64,000 nucleotides of DNA from Mustelus asterias (lineage: Eukaryota). The notes beneath the pieces were generated by a model. That model was not told where the DNA came from and did not search any database. It saw nothing but the letters and a program-made list of their open reading frames with translations. Location of the stretch: assembly GCF_964213995.1 (NCBI RefSeq), contig NC_135823.1, forward strand, positions 868,001 to 932,000. The letters run 5' to 3'. Shown here piece by piece: positions 52,290 through 61,325 of this stretch. Each line of letters opens with the position of its first letter. Position 1 is the first letter of the stretch. The position numbers and the translations under genes are program-made.

Positions 52290-52407
52290 TGCAAACCAGG
52301 ACGCACCTGATGAAGCAGCAGCGCTCCGAAAGTTCGTGACTCCAAATATCCCTGTTGGACTTTAATCTGGTGCCAACCCAATCCAACTCCGACATCTCCA
52401 CCTCATG
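52290..52407 (+). mobile_element. Penelope-like terminal repeat relic with a hammerhead ribozyme-like core
   Basis: CTGATGA (52307-13), stem agcagcagcgctcc, GAAA (52328-31); shares ctgttggactttaa with the mini-insertions; the orthologue at 22810-22910 is more degraded. Confidence 0.55.
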
Positions 52408-52939
52408 ATATACAAACACAGAGACGCACACATACATATAAATATTTTCACTCCCACCAGCACAGACTCTGACACACTTACACAAAGAAACACACCGGCA
52501 CACACACACACACACGCACACACGCGCGCGCGCGCGCACAGGCACACATCCACAAACAGCCTCACGCAAAGATACAGACACAGAGTCAAAAGAAAAAATA
52601 CACATACAGTCACGCAAGTTTTCACGTGTCGACCATCTTCCTCAAGCACACAGCCTCTCTCTCTCCCTCTCTAAATTTCTCTCCCTCTCTCTCTCTCAGG
52701 CACACACGCGTGCACCCACCGTGCGTGCGCGCGCACACACACACATTCTCACACCGACAAATACAAAGAGATACTCAGATATTCTTTTTCACACAGAGGG
52801 ATGCATAGAGAATCTCTCAAATACTCAAACCAACACAAAGACAGACAGAGTGATTCACAGACAGAGAATCTCTCTCACACACACGCACATACACAATCCC
52901 ACACTGGCACATAACGAGCAATAGGCAGAGAATCACACA

Positions 52940-52974
<35 letters not shown>

Positions 52975-53313
52975 CTTCGCTAAATATTTACAACACAAAC
53001 CATCTTTTGAATTCTCAATAAAACTATGATGGCTTTGGACATCGTAATTCCAACAATTAATTCACCTCCAAGTGTTTGCGGATTGCAGAAAACTGGGATC
53101 TGAATGAGGGAGAACTCAATTCTTTGTGGAGATAAATAATTTGAAAACATGCCGAAAGCTGGCAAATTACAATGGAAACAGCTGGAAATCTGCAGAAAGG
53201 ACTGACTGAGATATTCAGACCAGAAAATAACTCAATCACTGTACGATCAGTTGGAAGATCTGCAGAGGTATACGATGTGATTACAGTGTGTGGATGAATG
53301 TGATTTGATTCAC

Positions 53314-53384
53314 ATTTAGATGCTTCAGATAGTGAGCTGCTCTCTGATAGCCGCGTGGAATATCCAGCATGGGATATATTACAC
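53314..53384 (-). CDS. Copy C cytoplasmic ITIM exon, GVIYPMLDIPRGYQRAAHYLKHLN
   Basis: Acceptor ttttggcattag; 71 nt converts phase 1 to phase 0 exactly as the flanking exons require; VxYxxL. The donor gtgaat is weak, so the 3' boundary is uncertain. Confidence 0.62.
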
Positions 53385-53559
53385 CTAATGCCAAAACCCA
53401 GCAATGTCCTGCATGTTATTAACATATTTGCAAAGCATTTACCTGAACTGAACATTCTTGAGTTCTCTTTCCGTAAGTATAGTCGACTCTGGAACAAAGT
53501 GGAAGATATCAATTGAAGAAAGCAGTTAGGGTGCAAATAGTATATATGAGATAGCTCCA

Positions 53560-55370
53560 GCTGGCACAAGTAGGGAAAATCCCAAGGATTCTATCAGTAT
53601 ATCAGTTGAAAGATGATAACCAGGGAACGTTTAGGGCCCATTAGGGACGAAAGGGCCAAACTTTGGGAAGAGCCAGAGGACATTGGTAGAGTGTTGAATG
53701 AATACTTCACATCTCTCTTCACCCAAGACAATTGGGATGATATAAAATTCAGGGAGAGGGACTGTGGAGGTTCTTGAGCAAATTGACATAGGGAAGAAAA
53801 AGGTATTCGAGATGTTGGCAGCCGTAAAAGTGGCTAAATCTCCAGGTCCAGATGAATTGTACCCGAGGCTGCTGTGGGTCGCAAGGGGAGAGATTGCAGG
53901 GGCTCTGGCGCAATTTTTTCATTCCTCTCTGGCGTGTTACCTGGCGACTGCAGAACAGCTAATCTGGTTTAAGAAATATTGTAAAGATAAACGAGTGAAC
54001 TCCTGACCAGTGAGTCCCACGTCAGTGGAACATCAGAAGGAGAGCATCTATCACCACTCGGAGATGCAAGCTTGATCAGGGGTAGTCAGCGTGGCTTCGT
54101 CAGAGGAGGTCATACCGAATAAATTTGACTGAAGTTTTCTAGGAGGTGACCATGTGTAGAGACATAGGTAGTGCAGTCGATGTAGTTTATATGGATTTCA
54201 GCAAAGTCTTTGACAAGGTTCCAACATGGGAAACTTGTAAAGAAGTTAAATTCACATAGGATTCAGGGTAATTTGATAAAGTGGATTCAATATCTGCTCG
54301 GTTGTAGAGGCAGAGAGTAATTTCAGAAGGTTCTTTCGTGACTGGAAGCCAGTGTCCAGCAGGGGAGCACAGAAATCTGTGTTGTGCCCCCTTTTGTTCA
54401 TCATTTATATAAATGACATTGATGTCTATGTGGCGCGTAGGATTAGTAATCTTGCGGATGACATAATGATTGGACGGGTGGTTCACAATGAGATGGAGTG
54501 TCTTGGGCTACAAAAATATATAGAACGAATGACGAGATGAGCAGATAAGTGGCAGATAGAATTTAAAACCTGAAGAGTGTGAGGCGATACACTTTGGGAG
54601 GAGTAACTTGACAAGGAAGGTTTCAATGAATGGTCGGACATTCGGAAGTTCTGTGGACAAAGGGACCTTGGCATGTTCGTTCACATATCTTTGAAAGCAA
54701 AAAGTATGTCAGTAGGGTGGAGAAAAAGGCAGATGGGATAATTACTTTTATCAGTCGAGACACAGATTCCAAAGGCAGGGGAATAATATTGAAGTTTTAT
54801 CGAACTTTGGTGAGGCCACAGCTAGAGTACAGTGTGCAGTTCTGGTCGCCACATTATCGGACGGATCTAAGTTCACTGGCGGGGGTACAGAGGAGATTCA
54901 CCAGGATGCTGCTTGAGATGGAAAAGTTAAGTTATGAAGAGAGTTTGGATAGGTTTGGGTTGTTTTCGTTGGAACAGAGAAGACTGAGGGGCGACCTGAT
55001 CGAGGCGTACAAGATTATGAGAGACATGGACAGAGTGGATAAGGAGCAGTATTCCCTTCTGTTGAATGGCCCGTCACGAGGGGAGAAAGGTTCAAGGTGA
55101 GGGCAAGGAGGTTTCGGGGGGATGTGAGGAAAAGCTATTTTACCCAGGGGGTGGTGACAGTATGGAATATTGTGTTAGGGAGGGTGGAAGAGGCGGCTTA
55201 ACTCACATCCTTTCAATAGTGTCTGGATGACCACTTGCCGCACCATAATATTCAGGGCTATGGGCCAAGTGCCAGCAGATGTGGTGAGATGGGAGTTGAG
55301 GTTTTTTAAACATGTCCCTGCAGACTCGATGGGCCAAATGACCTCGTCTGCATTTTATGATTCTATGATT
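53560..55370 (+). mobile_element. CR1-type LINE fragment
   Basis: KSPGPDELYPRLL, LCPLLFIIYIND..LADD and YRTLVRPQLEYSVQFWSP. Confidence 0.88.
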
Positions 55371-55914
55371 GTATAATTTAACTCTAATCCTGTTCTGGCT
55401 GAGCTATAATTAATTTGAGACACAGTGCACCAATGATGCCATGTTGCACCAACGGCTCCAATACAAGAATTGGTCCCACTCGGTGTCAATCAAAAGAGGG
55501 CTCCCATATATACCAGCGTTTTCCTGATACATAAACGGTTCTTCAATGCATCAACTGTCAAAAAGTACTTCAATGGATGCCAATTCGCCAATGGATGGAC
55601 AGAGAATATCTAACCTGCCTGGCGTTCATGACCCATCTGATATTTCAATGCAGCAATTGATAATCTACAATTATAACTTTATATGGGACGAACAGAAAAC
55701 GGATTATTGAAGAACAATTTGACGGCGGGAAGTACACATATCAATTTGATAATGTCTCCCATTTTGGCACTGGTTAGCACTGCTGCCTCACAGTGGCAGA
55801 AACCCGGTTCAATTCCAGGCTTGGGCGACTGTCTGTGCAGACTTTGTGTATTCTCTGTGTGCTTGCGTTGGTTTCCTCCGAGTGCTCCAGTTTTCTCCCA
55901 TGGTCCAGAGATGT

Positions 55915-56160
55915 GTAGGTTAGGTTGATTGGCGATGCTAAATTGCCCCTTAGTGCCCAAATATTTGCTGATTAGTTGGATTGCCCATGTTAAATTGCCC
56001 GTCAGTGTCAAAAGATGTGCAGATTAGATGGATTGGCCAAGCTACATTGCTCCTTAGTGTCTTAAGATGTGCAGGTTATTTGGATTGGATGCGCTAAATT
56101 ACCACTGAGTATTCAAAGATGTGCAGGTTGGCTGGATTGACCATGTTAATTCCCCCCTTA
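55915..56160. repeat. SINE-internal ~52-nt tandem repeat x ~5
   Basis: Repeating gctaaattgccccttagtgtc..aagatgtgcaggttagttggattgg. Confidence 0.75.
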
Positions 56161-56380
56161 GCGTCAGAGTGATAAGCAGTGCAAAACATCAGATGGGCAA
56201 TAGACGTCAGGCGAGGTGGATATTCCTTGTCCATTAATTGGGTTACGGGGTTAGGGTCTGGTTTGGATTGTTTTTAGTGCAGGTTCGATGGGCCGACTGG
56301 CCTCCTTCTGCACTGTAAGGATTCTATGATATTTCTGTTCAATTATGTTGAATCTGTGCCAACATTTGAATGCAACTTGC

Positions 56381-56433
56381 CCGTTTGTCGCTCTTTCCGC
56401 TCTCCTCTGTGCGTTGTCTCTCTCAAGCTCAAA
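56381..56433 (-). CDS. Copy C cytoplasmic exon 2, (S)LSLRETTHRGERKERQT
   Basis: 53 nt in all three copies; acceptor atccag; donor is GCAAGT here and GT in A and B. Confidence 0.68.
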
Positions 56434-56649
56434 CTGGATATGGAAATAATTAGAATGAAACAAATATTACACCCTGCAAATCCTGACCCAGAAGTCAGAC
56501 GTATTTGAAAGAAAGGATACTCAATTTTTAAACTTGGAACATTTCAAGATATGCCATTAGAATCAGTTGTCGTTCTCAACTGTGTTCAACACAATATTGC
56601 ATGCAGAGAGAGTTTTCGTGATAAATTTGGAAATGGCTCAGTTACTCAC

Positions 56650-56680
56650 CTTTCATTGCGGGCTCCCTTTGCTCGCTCTC
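56650..56680 (-). CDS. Copy C cytoplasmic exon 1, (G)ERAKGARNE
   Basis: 31 nt between ttgtttcag and gtgagt; same boundaries in copy A. Confidence 0.78.
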
Positions 56681-56769
56681 CTGAAACAAGACACTGTAAT
56701 CAGCAATAGAAAACTACAAGGAGCGTCACATTGGATGAACAATAATGACATTGTCCCTCCCTCAACATT

Positions 56770-57890
56770 GTGGGTGTTTTGCACCCATTATTGGTGTATT
56801 GTATGGGATGCACCACCACCTGCAACAAATGGGTCTTTTTCTGGTTGGCGATCAGTGACTAGTTGTGTGCCTCAGGGATCAGTGTTGGGACAGCAATTGT
56901 TTGGGACTGAGATGGATGATTTGGATTTGGGACCAATTGTGGTTTGTCAAAATTCGCAGATGACACGAAGATGAGTGGCAGAACAAAATGTGCAAAGAAA
57001 GTCTGCAAAGGGATAAAGACAGTCTAAGTGAGTGGGCAAGGGTCTGGCAGGTGGAGTTGGTAAATGTTGGTAAATGTGAGGTCATCCATTTTGGTAGGAA
57101 TAACAGCTAAATTGACTATTATTTAAACATTTACAAAAATGCAGCATGCTGCTGTGCAGAAGGAACTGGATAGCCTTTGCATGAGTCACATAAAGTTGGC
57201 TTGCAGGTGCAGCAGGTAATTAAGAAGACAAATTGAATTTTGTCCTTCATTGCTGGAGGGATGAAGTTTCCAAACAGCAAGGTTATGTTGCAGCTATGCA
57301 AAGCGCTGGTGAGGTCACACTGTGTAAAGTTACTGTGTAAAGTTTTGGTCTCTTGAGTTGAGAAAGGATATACTGGCACTGGAGGGGGCACAGAGGAGAT
57401 TCATTCGATTGATTCCGGAGTTGAGAGTGTTGGCTTATTAAGGGAGCCTGAGTAGACTGGGGCTATGCTTATTGGAATTCAGACGAATGAGGGGAGATCT
57501 TATAGAAACATATAAGATTATGATGGGAATAGAGAAGTTCGAAGCAGGGAAGTTGTTTGCTCTGGCAAGTGAAATTAGAAGTAGGTGGCATGGCCTCAGA
57601 ATGAGGGGAGCAGATTTAGCATTGAGTTGAGGAGAAACTTCTTCATCCAAAGGCTTGCGAATCTGTGGAATTCTATGCCCAGGTAAGCAGTTGCGGCTAC
57701 CTCACTGAATGTTTTAAGGCAAGGATAGATACATTTTCGAACAGCAAAGGAATTAAGGGTTACGGTGAGAGGGCGGATAAGTGGAGCTGAGTCCACCAAA
57801 ACGTCAGCCATGATCTTATTGAGTGGCGGAGCGGATTCGAAGGACCAGATGACCTACTCCTGCTCCTATTTCGTATGTTCTTATGTTCTT
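56770..57890 (+). mobile_element. CR1-type LINE inserted antisense in the TM-cyt1 intron of copy C
   Basis: VTSCVPQGSVLG; the tail abuts the donor; this intron is only 96 nt in copy A. Confidence 0.88.
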
Positions 57891-57899
57891 ATTCCTCAC

Positions 57900-58001
57900 C
57901 TGATCGGTCGCTCTTCCAAATCCAAATAGAATGAAGGACCCAGAGGAGAATCGGTATCACCAGGATAGTTATGACAATGGAATGTGCCAGATTACACCAT
58001 C
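57900..58001 (-). CDS. Copy C Cys + TM exon, GWCNLAHSIVITILVIPILLWVLHSIWIWKSDRS
   Basis: 102 nt between ctgtgtag and gtgagg; hydrophobic, no Arg/Lys within the span. Confidence 0.88.
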
Positions 58002-59931
58002 CTACACAGAGAAAAGACTTAGAAACTGCTGCTCGGTTAAGCCATTCTTTCTGAGTTTCTCGGCTGGAGAATTGAACCCAGGCACTATATCAACGCACCT
58101 TGACTTTCAATGGTGTTACCATCACTGAATCCCCACTGGCAAATTGCTTTGGGTTAACATTGTATATAAACTCATCTGGATTCGCCACTTGAACACAATG
58201 GCTAGCAGAGCAGGTCAGAGGCTGGGAAACCTACGGAGAGTAACTCACCTCCTGACTCCGCAAAGCCTGTCCATCATCTGCAAAGCACAAGTCAGAAGTG
58301 TGATGGGATATTCCCACTTGCCTGTTTGGGTGATGCTCCAACAACACTCAAAACGTTTGACACCACCCAGGCCAAAACAGCCCATTTGATTGGCACCACA
58401 TCCACTCCCTCTACCGCCCGACGGTCAGAATCAGCAGCGTTTACCATCAACTGGATGTACTGCAGCAATTCACCAAAGATCCCGAGACAGCATCTTCCAA
58501 AACCATGACACTTCCATCTCGAAGGACAAGGACAACAGATACCGTGATGCACCACCACCTTCAAGTTCCCCTCCAGGCCACTCACTATCCTGACTTGGAA
58601 GCATATCGCCGTTCCTTCGCAGTCGCCGGGTCAAGATTCTGGAATTTGCTCCCTAACTGCACTGTGGGTCAACGCACAGCACGTGGACTGTAGCGCTTTA
58701 AGATGACAGTTCACCACTTCTCAATGGCAACTAGGGACGGGCAATAAATGCTGGCGCAGCCAGCAACCCCCGTGCCCCACGAATGAATTCAGAACACAGT
58801 TATAAAGTGGTAAACTCAAACTCGGGAGTAAAATGAAAATAAACTACACATGGAATGGCGAGCATTTCGCTCGGGGAGCGGGGAGCGATTTTAAACAGTT
58901 GTTTGAAAACTGAATCATATAACTATACAGGCCGAAAGTGTCTCGCTGTGTCTTTGTAAGATCTATTGAAGTCGTGCTGCTCTACCTAATTTTTCCTCAC
59001 AGCCTCGCACATTTCTCACCATAGCGTCCATATGCAATTCCAGTTGCGAAATGCACTGTTATATCTGTTTCCATTGGTCTTTCAGACGTGTTCCAGATCA
59101 AAAGGTCAAACAGCATAAAATAGTCTAAAATCCAATTTGTGTGAAACTTGAGGTCCTGACTTTATTGTGATTCGATTCCAGGTATTATGAATTAAAAATA
59201 GACAGGTACCGCACGGAAGCTAAAGATTGTGAAGTGAGATTCTGGTAAATTGAAAACAAAAATGGGAAAAGCAAGGAATTTTAGAAAATAATTTCGAATC
59301 TTGTTTGTTTCTGATTTCAAAGCACATCCTGCATAGTACTGACCTCAGCTCAGTTTCAAAACACATTGTTTGAACAGGGCGGGGGAAGCAGATTCAATAA
59401 TAACTTCCAGCAGGGAAACCAGGTTCTGACTTGAAGAGAAAATGTGACTGGGCTACTGGCGGCATGGTGGCACAGTGGTCAGCATTGCTGCCAATCAGCG
59501 CAGGGGCCATGGTCCAATTTGTGGCTTCGGGTACTGTCTGTGCGGAGACTGCATGTTCTCCTCGAGTTTGCGTGTGTTTCCTCCAGGTGGTTCGATTTCC
59601 CCCACATTCTGAAAGACGTGCTCGTTAGGTGAATTTGCCATGCTAAATTGCCCCTTAGTGTCCAAAGATGTGTCAGTTACGTGAATTTGCCATGGTAAAT
59701 TTTATTTTAGTGCACACCAATAGGCGCCCCAATGTGGCAACTAGGGGATTTTCCCAGTAACTTCATTTCAACGTCAATGTAAGCATACTTCTGGCACTAA
59801 ATAAATAGAAAAATTAAGTAGATAAAATGGGACATTCCTTCTATTTCATTAACGGACTTCAGTTTATTTTACATTTCCCCAACTAATTACGAGTTGAATT
59901 CAAACCACCATTGCAGAGATGAGCAACTCAC

Positions 59932-60261
59932 CTGTCCCAGTCCATGCTGCTTTGGGGAAGAACACACTCTTCGTCCAATATTTGCGTGAAATGCCCAGTT
60001 GAACGATACAAGTACATACACCGTCGCGTCTCCACACTTCCCCCGGTACCATGACATGGCTTCTGATGCTGTAGGTCCCGTCCTCCTCCATTGTCCCGGG
60101 ATCACTTGATCCCTCAGTCACCAAGCCGGAAATAATCCAGAAAATAGCAATCTGGTTGGAAGAAGCTCCCCTGACATAACACACTAAGGGCACATGATCA
60201 ATTAAATCCAGCTGACCGGGCGGGAAAAGTACCTGCATGGCCGTCTTGTTGGTGGAACTGT
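59932..60261 (-). CDS. Copy C Ig C1-set exon
   Basis: PLVCYVRG..IAIFW..EDGTYSIRSHVMV...WRRDGVCTC; 330 nt; canonical splice sites. Confidence 0.92.
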
Positions 60262-60351
60262 CTGGACAGAGAATGGGACACAGTTAATGATTAATTTACA
60301 CACAATGGTAATGCGATGCACAACCTGAATAAATTTCATTTGCTCTCTTAC

Positions 60352-60684
60352 CCCCAACCAGGAGTGTGGGTCCATTCCTAAGCAGTGAAGACACAGCGAT
60401 AAACATACAGTAGTAGGAACCCGAGTCATTCGTCTGGACATTGCGAATTTTCAGAGTCAATACATTTCCCGGGTTATCTTTTCCAGAAATAAACTTACAG
60501 TCGGCACCAGTACAGGATGTACTGTTTATTAGTACCGGGGCTTCGCCCAGACGCTGTTTGCACCATGCATAGTTAGACACCAAATCCACTTCATGAGTGT
60601 CATGACAGGGTAATTCCACCGTCTGGCCCACTTCAGCTTTCATTATGAAGGAGATCTGAGACAGAGAGGACTCGGGTTCTGTAA
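60352..60684 (-). CDS. Copy C Ig V-set exon with fused J-like strand
   Basis: VGQTVELPC..WCKQ..DSGSYYCMFIAVSSLLRNGPTLLVG; 333 nt between ctctag and gtaaga. Confidence 0.93.
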
Positions 60685-61270
60685 CTAGAGATTATTGGTA
60701 CATTACCACCGATTATTGAAACGTCTGAAGCAGCCCCGTAACAATGAACCTCGCCTGTCTTTAAAAAGTATTTCTTATTTTCACATGTAAACTTACATTA
60801 ACACTGCAATGAAGTTACAGTGAAAATTCCCCAGGCGCGACACTCCAGCACCTCTTCAGGTACACTAAGGGAGAACATTTAGCATGGCTAATGCACCTAA
60901 TCGACATGTCTTTCAGTCTGTAGGGGGAAACTGGAGCACCCGGAGGAAACCGACGCAGACATGGGGAGAACGTACATACTTCTAATAGACATTGACCCAA
61001 GTCGGGAATCAAACCCGTGTCCCTGGTGCTGTGAAGTAGCAGTGCTAACCACTGTGCCACCCAACCTCATTAATCTTTATTATCGTTGTTGGTTAGATTG
61101 ATTCATCAGTTTATATATTCTTCACTTTATGGCTGGAAACAGTAAGTGAACTGCTATTATCAGGTCAAAGTCCTTCCCCTAATCACTGGCTCACATTTTC
61201 AGCTTAGAAAACTGTCACTCTGCTTTATAAAAGTGAATCTTCTTATAATTCCCTCTCGTCCCTTACTCAC

Positions 61271-61325
61271 AGTGAAACTGCAGTACTTCGAAAATAAGTA
61301 TCAGAGATAAGGAGACTTTGGCCAT
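61271..61325 (-). CDS. Copy C leader exon, MAKVSLSLILIFEVLQFH
   Basis: aagATGg; phase-1 donor gtgagt. Confidence 0.88.

Noticed and set aside
53057-53569. 170-aa minus-strand ORF as a separate gene
   Set aside because: No recognisable domain and no ATG at the annotated start; it overlaps the ITIM exon in another frame. Kept only as an alternative-frame caveat.
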